A DNA stretch of 64,000 nt from positions 32,001 to 96,000 of the IMG/VR virus record IMGVR_UViG_2920693923_000001; one strand, written 5' to 3'. Each line of letters opens with the position of its first letter. Position 1 is the stretch's first letter. The stretch is from a virus. Its lineage: Duplodnaviria; Caudoviricetes. Below the pieces are notes generated by a model that had not been told where the DNA came from, searched no databases, and saw nothing but the letters and a program-made list of their open reading frames with translations. Both the position numbers and the translations under genes were made by a program. This document shows positions 29,375-39,329 of this stretch, in pieces.

Positions 29375-30826
29375 CTATAACGCTATAATCATGTCCTTTT
29401 CAGAACACTTCACTTTATAACTCTTATCATTTTTAGATATTTCTTCTCGTAAATGTTCTTTTAAACAATTTTTTGCTTCTGTAGATCCATGTACTAAAAC
29501 AAGCTGATTTGTATTCAAATTACTACCGAATTTTAATAAATCGTCAAAATTGGCATGGGAGCTAAACGTGTTCATCGTTATACAATCTGCCCTATTAGGT
29601 ACAGGAACTTTGTTTATATTGATTGTTTTATGGGTTTTGCCATTTTTTATTCTATATGACAAATAAGAATCATCTGTTCCTACAAATCCAGAGAAACAAA
29701 TCATAGAATTGATATCACGTAAATATTTATCAAGATAAGATAATATCCTCCCATTTGTGCAAAAACCACTACTTGAGATTACAATTTTAGGTATCGGATC
29801 ATTTACCCATGCTTTCGATTCTACTTTTTCACGCACATATTTTACATTTTTCCAATTATAAACTTTTGTCCATAATTCACAAAAATCTGAGTCAAGAACA
29901 TCTTCGTAAGCTTGACATATATCACAGGTTAGCATTGAGTCAACAACTATATCTGTTTTAAAATCTTCATTTTCTCCAAATAGGAGATATAGTGTTGTTA
30001 ATAATTCCTGAGATCGTGAAAATGAGAACGCAGGAAGAATAATAGAACCTTGCCTTTCCAATACTGTTTCTATAGCAACACGTAGATGTTCAACATCGAA
30101 TTCACGAGTTTTCTTTGTAGCCCTAGTATTTAAACCGTAAGTTGATTCCATTATTGACACATCAGAAAAGGTAATTGGGATTTCTGTATTTTCTACATAA
30201 TGATTTTTAGTATCTAACGCTCCAATATCAGAAGTATATAGAATTTTCTTTGTTTTTATTCCATCATTTAAAATAAGCTGTAACTGTGCAGCTCCTACAC
30301 AATGAGAATTTTTAAACCATTGAAAACTAATCACATCATCTAATTTGTAAACATGATTATACTCATTATATACATAAATATAGTCCAGTGTTTTATACAC
30401 ATCTTCTTCAGTATATAATGGTTCGTATTCTCTATTATATCTTTTTGATAAAACTCGTGCCTCATCATTTACAATAAAAGCACAATTAAGTAATAAATAT
30501 TTCGACATAACCGAAGATGGGTATGTCATAATTATTTTTCCATGAAATCCTTCTTTAATAAGACGGGGTAATAATCCGATATGATCAATGTGCGAATGTC
30601 CAACAAACACGTAATCCAATTCATCAGGCTTAAATTTAAATTTTTCTGAATTTGCTTTATAAGCTGCCAAATATGAATTATCCTGTAATAAGCCACATTC
30701 AAGTAAAATTTGTTTATTTGCAAATCTTATATAAATCATTGATCCAGTAACATCTTTTGCATTATTACCACAAAATAAGATTCCATCATCTTTTAGTTTC
30801 GCTTTTCTTGCGATTGTAAAAACCAC
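29375..30826 (-). CDS. metallo-beta-lactamase beta-CASP ribonuclease (CPSF73/YSH1-like)
   Basis: VTGS, HSHIDH, SHCVGA, TSDIG, MESTYG, PAFSFSRSQE, FSSHA, LVHG. Confidence 0.9.
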   Translation of the reverse strand: MVFTIARKAKLKDDGILFCGNNAKDVTGSMIYIRFANKQILLECGLLQDNSYLAAYKANSEKFKFKPDELDYVFVGHSHIDHIGLLPRLIKEGFHGKIIMTYPSSVMSKYLLLNCAFIVNDEARVLSKRYNREYEPLYTEEDVYKTLDYIYVYNEYNHVYKLDDVISFQWFKNSHCVGAAQLQLILNDGIKTKKILYTSDIGALDTKNHYVENTEIPITFSDVSIMESTYGLNTRATKKTREFDVEHLRVAIETVLERQGSIILPAFSFSRSQELLTTLYLLFGENEDFKTDIVVDSMLTCDICQAYEDVLDSDFCELWTKVYNWKNVKYVREKVESKAWVNDPIPKIVISSSGFCTNGRILSYLDKYLRDINSMICFSGFVGTDDSYLSYRIKNGKTHKTININKVPVPNRADCITMNTFSSHANFDDLLKFGSNLNTNQLVLVHGSTEAKNCLKEHLREEISKNDKSYKVKCSEKDMIIAL

Positions 30827-30870
30827 CTTTCTGTTTTAGTTTCATCCACAAGTGAAGAAAAGTGGAAGAG

Positions 30871-30939
30871 TAGCGTGACTCTGACTCGAACAGACCCTCT
30901 AGTTTATGAGACTAGTGTGCACCTTTACACCTTACCGCA
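30871..30939 (-). tRNA. tRNA-Met/Ile2(CAT), degenerate
   Basis: CTAGT-CTCATAA-ACTAG arm; TTCGAGT loop; mismatched acceptor and short T stem. Confidence 0.55.
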
Positions 30940-30941
30940 AA

Positions 30942-31015
30942 TTGGAAATGTAAGACTTGAACTTACGACCTCATGATCCCAAATCATGTGTTCTACCAAA
31001 CTGAACTAATTCCCA
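30942..31015 (-). tRNA. trnP: tRNA-Pro(TGG), second copy
   Basis: CATGA-TTTGGGA-TCATG; full cloverleaf. Confidence 0.9.
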
Positions 31016-31605
31016 AAAAGAGTGCAGTAGTTATACCTTCAGAACGAAAATACAACTACTGCTAAAAGAAGAGTTGTTTTTATGAAATGTATTATCTGTT
31101 TGAAAACGCCTTGATTTGCTACCCGTAGGCATGAATCCATATATCTTCCACAGAATGTATATGGTACAGGCTCGCTTGCTGCACTTACCTGGTTTGGCGC
31201 ACACATATACAAGTTTTTCACATAGCGTCACAGCAATGATTTATAGCTATATGTTAGACGAAATATTATAATGTCTCTCGACAATTATATATTCTCTGTT
31301 TTATCAGCTAGGAAAAGCTGATTTCATTGTTTTTAGCCTTACGGCATAGCCCTCAATTAAGAGGGCTTTTCTTTTGTAATAAAAACGATCGTTGCATATT
31401 TTTATTCCGCATTTGCATTTAAGCGGAGAGGATAGTTGTGTTGGTATTGTACTAAGTACACGCAAATTTACGCTATTATACATAGATAAAGTTTCATTGC
31501 CCACTTTCTCCTCATAAGTTCACTTAACTACAACTGCTACAACCGTTGATTTTACTAGCTTTTTGATATAGTAAAATAATTAAGTCTGTACAAAAAATGT
31601 GCATT

Positions 31606-34215
31606 TTAACAATTTTTTGAAAAACATTTTAGCAAATTTGCTGAATTTACATTATATAATACTTTTAGCAACAATGATTTATTTTTATTAAGAACAGAAG
31701 ATATTGTTTTTTGATTACGAATTGAACCAGGAAGAATTTTGAACGAACGATCAATCATCCAAGAAAATAACCCAAGATAATTCTTCGATATTTTAATTGA
31801 TTGTATTTCGCAAATTATATCATCAAAATCTTTTCTAAGTAATAAATAATCCTCATTTTCTGCATCATCGTTTATTTCGTATAATTTCAATGAATATTTT
31901 GCTATAATTTCTTCAACTTTTCTACAAGTACGAATATTACTTTTCATTTCATATTTAACAAAAAAATGACACATTGGTAAAGTGGTATCTACATTGCGAA
32001 ACTTCATTAAATCCAAATCATATAAGTAATTCATAGGACATTTTAAATCTTTATTTATGTTTTTATCATTAAATCTATGTTTGATTATTTTCCAAAAAGA
32101 AGGATAAAGATTTGTCTTAATATCCATGTCATCTTTTATTCTTTTAATCTCACCAGTTAAGTCAATATCAAATCTTCTTTTTGCATTATCAATAGCAACT
32201 TGCGCTAAAACACTCAATATGCATACATAGTCAATGTATTTTTTATCATCAAAATTGCAAGCATATGTTTGAGCAATTTGAGCCAAATTACTTGATTCCC
32301 CAATATCCAATTGTGATTTTGCTAAATTGTTGTCAATGCCAGCATAATCATCCATTGATTTACCATATATATTTTTTTCCTTTGGAATATTGTTTTTAAT
32401 TGTAGGATAATTCTGATAACAGTTTCTTGCATGTTCAACAATATCAGACTGATTTGTTGTATATCCGCTATCAGAATCTTGATCGCTTCCATTATTTCTA
32501 TCCTGAAAATCTGTTCCATTCATATTTACTGCAATGCACTGTTTTCCAAGATTAAAATATTTTTCAAGATTTTTATGGTATACATTGTGAAGATATGTAA
32601 GATTATTTTTGCTATTGAAAGGACTTCTAAAGAAAGCTAGATATTCGCCACTATTAAATCTTTCAGTGTAACATTGGATTGTATTGTTTTCTGTAAAGAA
32701 TGTATTATCATTATCCACATCAGATTCGTTTCCAGTAGCGGCATATAAAAGCATTGCATATGGAGATCCAACTATTACTAGATTTTCTGCATTTTGAATG
32801 ATACGTCCACTTTTCATATTTAACACGTATCCTTTAATAATAGCTTTTTTTCTGTCACGAAAGTATGAACTTCTTACAAAATCTGGATTTTGATTACACA
32901 AAGCAATTAAAACTTCATAATCATTTGAAAAATTTTTATTCTTTTCAAGATATTTCAGAAACTCAGAATTGTCCTGTTTGAGTTTATTAATATACTCAAC
33001 ACTTTCTTTTACAACATTTGGCATTATTTCTTCATCAAGAGAGTTCACCATTTGATAACTCATTCTCTGAACTTCACCAAGCTTACTTTCATGTGCTGTC
33101 TTCACAATGCCAAACATGCAACCATTTTCATAAACTCTGTCACACCAATATTCATACGACTTATCAAATTTCAACCATTTCATAGCATTGTCAGTTGTGA
33201 TCAACTCAATATCCTTGACAAAATGCTCAACTCCAAACATATCTTTTACAATGGCAGAGTAATAGTTTTCTCCAAAATAATCTCTGAAAAACTGTTGAAT
33301 ATTTGTACTGAACGCTGCCATTTTACAAAAATGATGTCTTAATAGGATATATCCATTCCCCCAAGTTGGAAAAATACTAGAATCAATTAGAGCTTGTCCA
33401 TCAAACATTGTATTCTTCAATTCATAATTATCAATATGTTTTGCGTAACAATGTTTATTTTCATCAGTCTCAATACTGACAACTTTAGTAAAAAACGACC
33501 TGTCAACATCTTTTAATATTAAAATATTCTTGGGATTAATTTTGACTTTACCAACAATGGCACTTGATATAAGTGGGGCATATGCACTGATTTCGACTGT
33601 AGGAGAATTCCTTTTCGGAAGCCGAATGCCCATATATAAGAATTTAATTGCTTTTTTATAAAGACGATCACATATAAACATACATGATCCTTTTTTCGCT
33701 TTTCCTGTACTTCTATAAAGCATTTTATAATGAATAATTTCTCGTTTTATAATATCACCATTTTTCTTTCTGGTGATATATTCAACATTCACACCATCAT
33801 TGTAAAATAACTTTCTGATTTCTTCCTTGGTATGTTTATGGTAACGATCTTTATTTTTATTTGCTTCTTGAAATAATTGTGAAAGTTTTTTGCGCTTATT
33901 TCTTTGCTTTTGAATTTGGCTTTTGTAACCATATGATTTTGCTAATTTGTATTCAGTTCTAGCATTTTTGGCAACTTTTTGTAAATGTGCAATTTCTTCT
34001 TCATATGAACGAGAACCAAAGTTAAATTCTAAACAAATTATATCTCGTGTAGATTCTTCCTTCCATACTTTTAATCCGTTTTCTTTTAGAAAGTCACTAA
34101 AAAGGCTATTTGTAAACATTGCATCTTTATACTCATAATGATCTCTGACACCATTGTTATACTCATAAAGAGTGCTTGCTTCAATGTTTTTAATTTTGAT
34201 TCCAAATTCACTCAT
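31606..34215 (-). CDS. yonO: YonO-like single-subunit two-barrel DNA-dependent RNA polymerase (eukaryotic RdRP-related)
   Basis: 869 aa; MFDGQALID, LLRHHFCK, FRSPF, NNGSDQDSD catalytic Asp loop, VAIDNAKR; SPbeta-like synteny upstream of HU, phosphoesterase and terminase. Confidence 0.85.
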   Translation of the reverse strand: MSEFGIKIKNIEASTLYEYNNGVRDHYEYKDAMFTNSLFSDFLKENGLKVWKEESTRDIICLEFNFGSRSYEEEIAHLQKVAKNARTEYKLAKSYGYKSQIQKQRNKRKKLSQLFQEANKNKDRYHKHTKEEIRKLFYNDGVNVEYITRKKNGDIIKREIIHYKMLYRSTGKAKKGSCMFICDRLYKKAIKFLYMGIRLPKRNSPTVEISAYAPLISSAIVGKVKINPKNILILKDVDRSFFTKVVSIETDENKHCYAKHIDNYELKNTMFDGQALIDSSIFPTWGNGYILLRHHFCKMAAFSTNIQQFFRDYFGENYYSAIVKDMFGVEHFVKDIELITTDNAMKWLKFDKSYEYWCDRVYENGCMFGIVKTAHESKLGEVQRMSYQMVNSLDEEIMPNVVKESVEYINKLKQDNSEFLKYLEKNKNFSNDYEVLIALCNQNPDFVRSSYFRDRKKAIIKGYVLNMKSGRIIQNAENLVIVGSPYAMLLYAATGNESDVDNDNTFFTENNTIQCYTERFNSGEYLAFFRSPFNSKNNLTYLHNVYHKNLEKYFNLGKQCIAVNMNGTDFQDRNNGSDQDSDSGYTTNQSDIVEHARNCYQNYPTIKNNIPKEKNIYGKSMDDYAGIDNNLAKSQLDIGESSNLAQIAQTYACNFDDKKYIDYVCILSVLAQVAIDNAKRRFDIDLTGEIKRIKDDMDIKTNLYPSFWKIIKHRFNDKNINKDLKCPMNYLYDLDLMKFRNVDTTLPMCHFFVKYEMKSNIRTCRKVEEIIAKYSLKLYEINDDAENEDYLLLRKDFDDIICEIQSIKISKNYLGLFSWMIDRSFKILPGSIRNQKTISSVLNKNKSLLLKVLYNVNSANLLKCFSKNC

Positions 34216-34398
34216 GTATATTATATCACCACCTGTTTATTCATTTAAAATTCCTCCTTGCATTCATCATTTATCGGATTATTCTCTTCATAACACACAT
34301 GCAAAGATTCACAACCAGTACAATCAACCATATTACTCATCGGACACTCTGATAGAGGAAGAGTCGCTGCCATATTATACAAATCTTCGCTATTATAT

Positions 34399-34650
34399 TT
34401 ATTCTCCATAATCGTCCTCCGTCATTTCATAAATCCTATAGCCTAGAAAAATAGCCATATCTTTAGTTCTATCAAAACAATCTACATGAGCATATTGTCC
34501 AACATCATTTCGCACATATTTGTCTCCAATGCAAATTTCTTCGCCACATTCGGCACATATAACATTGCTTTTATATTCTTTATAATTAGGGCATCCTGGA
34601 ATATGATGAAGTTGTCCGCAATACTCACATGTACAGTTCATAATATTCAT
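34399..34650 (-). CDS. zinc-finger protein
   Basis: CEYC..HH..CP, CAEC...HVDC. Confidence 0.65.
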   Translation of the reverse strand: MNIMNCTCEYCGQLHHIPGCPNYKEYKSNVICAECGEEICIGDKYVRNDVGQYAHVDCFDRTKDMAIFLGYRIYEMTEDDYGE

Positions 34651-34988
34651 TTATTTAATTCCTCTCTAGTAACAATTTCCAAGCCTCTATCGAAACATTT
34701 TTGTTCAAGATCGTAGCGATCCATGTAATATTTGAATGAATCGTGATCATTTAATTTCGATACTTCCTGTAATATATCATTACGGATAGAAGAGGAGTCT
34801 GAAGCAAATTCGACATCTTTATATTTTTCCATGAGATCAAGCAGCTCTACACTATTTTCTTTTAAATATAATGTAGTCATATATTTTTCTGTCTCTTTAT
34901 TCCATTTAGCAATAGCAATTACTGAATAATTCCTATTATGTAAGTCAATTTTTATACAAACTGTTCCAATATTTTCGTATCTAAGCAT
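34647..34988 (-). CDS. hypothetical protein
   Basis: start refined to MLRYENIG after AGAGAGGT. Confidence 0.55.
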   Translation of the reverse strand: MLRYENIGTVCIKIDLHNRNYSVIAIAKWNKETEKYMTTLYLKENSVELLDLMEKYKDVEFASDSSSIRNDILQEVSKLNDHDSFKYYMDRYDLEQKCFDRGLEIVTREELNK

Positions 34989-35181
34989 TTTTAATACCTC
35001 TCTTATATGTATATTGATCATAGACTTTCCCTAACCGACATGCTCGATTGAACCGCATATCTGATTCAATTCTCGCCGCAATATTGTGGGAAGTAGCGTT
35101 AGTAGTGTCAAAATCTGATTCGTAGATCAGCCCTCTATATTCTGATGGATCTACATAAATTTTTGGTGTAGTATAATTCAT
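34981..35181 (-). CDS. hypothetical protein
   Basis: 66 aa with GAAAGGA RBS. Confidence 0.5.
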   Translation of the reverse strand: MNYTTPKIYVDPSEYRGLIYESDFDTTNATSHNIAARIESDMRFNRACRLGKVYDQYTYKRGIKNA

Positions 35182-35278
35182 ATAATTTTTTGTTTCCTTT
35201 CTCTGTTAAATATTTTTCCATGTATGTCGCTCCTTTTATAGTGTTGCGTTAATTTGTGTCATATGTTTATTCTCTTAT

Positions 35279-35506
35279 TTACAATTCGTTTTCTAATAAC
35301 TTAATAATCTTAGTTTTTACGTTATCAGAAAATAAACAATTTTTATCAGACTCTAATAAATCTAATACTGTTTGATATGAAATATTGGATGATTTTAATG
35401 TGTTAATATAATGTTCTTTGTTCTTGAACCATTTTGTGCCAATTTTATATAATTGATTTGAATCACCTATTTCATTTGTTCCTGTAATTTTTACCATTCT
35501 TCCCAT
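35279..35506 (-). CDS. hypothetical protein
   Basis: 75 aa with AAGGAG RBS. Confidence 0.55.
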   Translation of the reverse strand: MGRMVKITGTNEIGDSNQLYKIGTKWFKNKEHYINTLKSSNISYQTVLDLLESDKNCLFSDNVKTKIIKLLENEL

Positions 35507-35510
35507 ACTT

Positions 35511-36320
35511 TTATTCTCCTTTCATTTTTGTTAAATATCTTATTTCACCAGGCACGTCATCCTTGTTATATATTCTCTTTCCATAAATTCTTTCTAATTC
35601 GATTAAAACAGAATCACCTTCTAATTCCATTGGATCAAGAGCATATACATTTCTTGTAGGAACAAACACACCTTCTTCTTTTTTATTCTCCACAAACATA
35701 TCTCTTCTTATATAAATTAGTTTATAGGATTCTAAAACAGATAATCCGTTTTCAACTGTTGAGATAGAGGTATCTAATCCTTTGGCAATTTGAGATTTAG
35801 ATGGAAAAGAAATCTTAGCAGGTGCAATATCTCCTGGATAATTCATGATAAATTGCTTTATATAGAGATAAATGCCCAATAGAATAGATTTATTAATTTT
35901 AGATGAGAGAGAACAGATTTTTTCATATTCAGAAATAGTAATCTGTACAAAACTGTCCTCTGTAAAAAAAACATTACGTTCATAAGATAATTGAAGATAA
36001 AATAAATCATTTGGTTTAACAACAAAAATGTCTGTATTACAGCTTGCATAACCTTTGTTTATTAGTTCTGTTTTAATAATTTCTCGAAAATCAGAGTATA
36101 TGGATTTATTATTTGTTTTTGTAGAATATCCAATTTCTTGTAGCAAATCATTAAGTGTGAGAGTAACTTGTCCAAATGTTTGTACATGTTTCCTTAGATA
36201 TAATATGATGAGATAGTATTTTAAACCTGAAATACCTTTGTGATTTTTGATTTCTTTTTTTGAAAATCCAACTGATGTTATTTTTTTATCTTTTTCGGAT
36301 AGATAAATATAGTTGTCGAT
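35511..36320 (-). CDS. winged-helix replication initiator-like protein (ATC start)
   Basis: frame stays open 58 codons upstream of listed TTG to an ATC 8 nt after AAAGGAG; FPSKSQIAKGLDTSISTVENGLSVL HTH; iterons upstream. Confidence 0.65.
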   Translation of the reverse strand: MDNYIYLSEKDKKITSVGFSKKEIKNHKGISGLKYYLIILYLRKHVQTFGQVTLTLNDLLQEIGYSTKTNNKSIYSDFREIIKTELINKGYASCNTDIFVVKPNDLFYLQLSYERNVFFTEDSFVQITISEYEKICSLSSKINKSILLGIYLYIKQFIMNYPGDIAPAKISFPSKSQIAKGLDTSISTVENGLSVLESYKLIYIRRDMFVENKKEEGVFVPTRNVYALDPMELEGDSVLIELERIYGKRIYNKDDVPGEIRYLTKMKGE

Positions 36321-36343
36321 TTTAATCGCTCCTTTCGTTAAAA

Positions 36344-36515
36344 AATTCTGTGTGAAAATTTTCCCAAAGATTTAACACTACCTATTAAGTTTGTGTGAAA
36401 ATTTTCCCAAAGGGGTACTTAATTCTGTGTGAAAATTTTCCCAAAAAGTAGGTATATAGTATAAAAGCATAAAGAGTTATATAAAAAAAGCATAAATATA
36501 TAAAAAAGTATAATA
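36344..36515. repeat. three iterons plus AT-rich tract: putative replication origin
   Basis: TGTGTGAAAATTTTCCCAAA x3 (36349, 36392, 36426), followed by TATAAAA(A)G(C/T)ATAA repeats. Confidence 0.7.
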
Positions 36516-36626
36516 ACTTCGTAAATGGTCTAACGCCCATTTACTCCGTAAAAATTTGATTGCTTGTTATTGGTTGATAATTTTCATTTGGGTGCATATG
36601 AGATGTACCTATATGATTATTTTTCA

Positions 36627-37004
36627 TTAATTTTCTCTCTGATTAAGATCTATATATTTATCACTAAACTCAGCATTGAATACAGGTAATATGTCATGAT
36701 ATTGTTCATATATTTCTTTACCAGACATATGAGTTAGGTATTTCATTCCATTAGGTAACTGCTTATGAATAGTTTTTTCTTCTACAATACTTTTCTCTTT
36801 GCTAAATCTATCACCTATTTTTCCACAGATAGTACAATAGCTACTTAATTCTGTATGAAGATTATTCTTTCCCATAAAAGAAAACTTATATCTTATAATA
36901 CATTCCTCATATTGATGCTTGTGTTTTGATTTCTTCTCAATCTTAGAAATATTACTTCCTGTATTCTTCCTGTACTTTGATATTTCTTGATCAAAATTGT
37001 TCAT
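36627..37004 (-). CDS. hypothetical protein with HxH..C / CxxC motif
   Basis: KHKHQYEEC, YCTICGKI. Confidence 0.6.
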   Translation of the reverse strand: MNNFDQEISKYRKNTGSNISKIEKKSKHKHQYEECIIRYKFSFMGKNNLHTELSSYCTICGKIGDRFSKEKSIVEEKTIHKQLPNGMKYLTHMSGKEIYEQYHDILPVFNAEFSDKYIDLNQREN

Positions 37005-37104
37005 AATTATTCCTTTCGATGATAAATTGGTTGTATAATAGATTTTTTATTTGGTATTAAAATCTTGTTGTGAATTCAGTAATTTCCTATGGATAGGATA
37101 GTGA

Positions 37105-37491
37105 TTAGATTATAATAATTGGATTATCTTCATCTGGTAATGATAAATTAAATGTACTAGGTTTTATCATTTGTATTAGAGTGATACATCTGTAGTACAT
37201 TACTTCTGTTGCTGATTTTAATTTACGGCTATTCCATTTGTAAGATTCTAACACTGTTGGTTGAAAGAGATACATTGCTAATGATGAATCTCTTTTGATT
37301 GCTTCTAATACTGTTGGTTTTATGTATACCTTAAATATAAATTCTATTGGAAGTAACGAAACTTGAATATTTCCTCTTCTGTAACATGAATTGTAATATG
37401 AACTAAGTGCGTCTAATTTTGTTTCATGTTTAGATTTATCATAGTGTCCTTTGCAAATCAGAATTATATCTGTCATTGTTTTATTATCCAT
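37105..37491 (-). CDS. hypothetical protein
   Basis: 128 aa with AAGGAGG RBS. Confidence 0.6.
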   Translation of the reverse strand: MDNKTMTDIILICKGHYDKSKHETKLDALSSYYNSCYRRGNIQVSLLPIEFIFKVYIKPTVLEAIKRDSSLAMYLFQPTVLESYKWNSRKLKSATEVMYYRCITLIQMIKPSTFNLSLPDEDNPIIII

Positions 37492-37518
37492 TTTTATGTC
37501 CTCCTTGATAATTGATAG

Positions 37519-38094
37519 TTATTTATTCTCTATTTCTACACATCTATTAATATAATTATTGTAACCTGCCTGAAGAATTGCTTCGGTTTCTTCTATGATT
37601 TGATAAAAGAAACTTGGCTTCTCGTAATAAATTCCTTTTTCTTTATCTATAGGAACATGATCTATTTTAGTCTTTGAGTTTTCTTTTATTAAATGATAAA
37701 TTGTCATATCTTCATCAGTAACTACACCTTCAATATATCTTCTAGTAAGCCTGTTTATAATATGATCACTGTGAGTTTCAACTATTGTTATCTGTGATCG
37801 GTTCATTAATTCAATTATTTTGTCGGCTATCTCTAATTGTAGAATAGGATGTAATGCGCATTCTGGCTGCTCTAATATAACTACACTATTGATCATAATA
37901 TTATGTTCTATATCTGCCAAAGCAATAGAGCATTCTTTCCATTTAAAATATTGTGCTGAAGAGTATTGTGATCGACATTGTTGTAGAATTGTTGTTTTAC
38001 CAGTATTGTTATAACCAGTTAATACTGTTAATGGTGTTAAATTTAATGTTTGTGTTTCAAAATATGTAGGTAACTGTATTTTAAATGTTGACAT
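37519..38094 (-). CDS. minimal ABC/AAA_21-type ATPase with DUF3696-like C-terminus
   Basis: LTGYNNTGKT Walker A, ILEQPECALHP Walker B/D-loop, VETHSDHII H-loop. Confidence 0.8.
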   Translation of the reverse strand: MSTFKIQLPTYFETQTLNLTPLTVLTGYNNTGKTTILQQCRSQYSSAQYFKWKECSIALADIEHNIMINSVVILEQPECALHPILQLEIADKIIELMNRSQITIVETHSDHIINRLTRRYIEGVVTDEDMTIYHLIKENSKTKIDHVPIDKEKGIYYEKPSFFYQIIEETEAILQAGYNNYINRCVEIENK

Positions 38095-38845
38095 AGTATT
38101 ATGTTCCTTTCTGTTGATTAATCTTTCTTATTTTTATTCTCTGTTTGTGTTGACATATATTTAGTAATTGATATGGTCTATCCCAAAATTATTTTCTTGC
38201 TACGCTGCGAAACTACCATCCCTTATCAAAGGGACTATTTTTATACTGGCGTATGTCATTACATTCTTTATATGAAGTTATGGGAACTAAATCGATCGTT
38301 TTGAGGGTAAATTTCTATTTTTATATCTTTGTTGATAGATTGGTAGGGTAGAAGATAAAGTCGATTTTAGAGTCGATTTGATACGAATTAGTCAAGTAAT
38401 TATGTTTTAAATAAAAATAAGACAGTGCAATTACTGTCTTAATAGTTTTGTGTATAGTTTTATGGTAGCCCCTATATGGGGATTATATGATTTGGAATTT
38501 TTACTGGGAAATCGTTATCGATGAAAGTGCTTATAAATAAGGAAGATTTTGAATTTGTGGGTGGATTTTTGGTGAGATGGGAGTTTGATTTTGGGTTGTG
38601 AAGTGGCTGAAATGCTTGATTTTAATAGGGTTTTACGATATGGGGTACGATAAAGGGTTTTGATGAGTGAAATTTAGGATTTTGCTTGATTTTGTTGGGA
38701 TTTTGATGATATCAGTAAGATGAAATTTTGAAGAAAGTCTGTGGATAAATCAGCTTATTGTAATTCCAGGAAATATAAGGCTTCTTTTAGTTTTTGCTAC
38801 CCCCTATACCCTTAAAGCTACGGTATTTCTATATTTTTCCGTGAT

Positions 38846-38909
38846 AGAACAAACGTTTTATAAAATCATCCTGGACTCTCAGAGCAGAACATACTCGAAC
38901 AAGTGTTTG
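38846..38909. promoter_or_regulatory. two Gram-positive LexA (SOS)-like boxes
   Basis: AGAAC-AAAC-GTTTT (38846) and CGAAC-AAGT-GTTTG (38896) versus consensus CGAAC-N4-GTTCG. Confidence 0.55.
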
Positions 38910-38943
38910 AATTATAATTTTATCGTATTTTTAAAATTTATTA

Positions 38944-39173
38944 TTGACAATCACATTGTCATGTGATAATATAGATAATGTCAAAAGGACATAGAACAAC
39001 ACGAACACAACTTTAAAATTTTTCTCAAAAAGTCCTTGACAAACACACAAACGTGTGATAACATAATCTCAACAAAACAAAGAACGATACAACAAAGTGT
39101 TAAGGCTCGGCAAACTCACATAGTTGATAATTCAAAAGTTTTTGTTGACAATCACATGAAAGTGTGATACACT
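38944..39173 (+). promoter_or_regulatory. three tandem sigma-A early promoters, each with (T/A)CACA-N6-TGTGA in the spacer
   Basis: TTGACA-17-TAATAT (38944), TTGACA-17-TAACAT (39036), TTGACA-17-TACACT (39145). Confidence 0.8.
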
Positions 39174-39329
39174 TTAAACAAGTCAAGCAACAACGACTTG
39201 AAAAAATAGGGTGCAAAGTCTAGCACACCTTACACCCTTACATAGTGGAACGCATGAAACGCTACACCATAGCATTACATATTCTAGCATATTTCATGCA
39301 AAAATTCCACACATTTTTACATCTACATA

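Noticed and set aside
31165-31195. SRP RNA domain IV (CAGGT...GCAGC)
   Set aside because: The conserved CAGG-N-CCGGAAGG-AAGCAG tetraloop arrangement is absent.
31606-34215. RNA-dependent RNA polymerase implying an RNA replicon or RNAi-like system
   Set aside because: The context is a dsDNA tailed phage with SPbeta-like synteny, where the characterised homolog YonO is DNA-dependent.
36344-36446. Mini CRISPR array
   Set aside because: Three 20-bp repeats with only 14-23 bp between them, no cas genes, and a position beside a Rep-like gene fit iterons better.
38951-39167. CRP/FNR binding sites
   Set aside because: The half-sites are in the reverse order (TCACA-N6-TGTGA) to the CRP consensus TGTGA-N6-TCACA.
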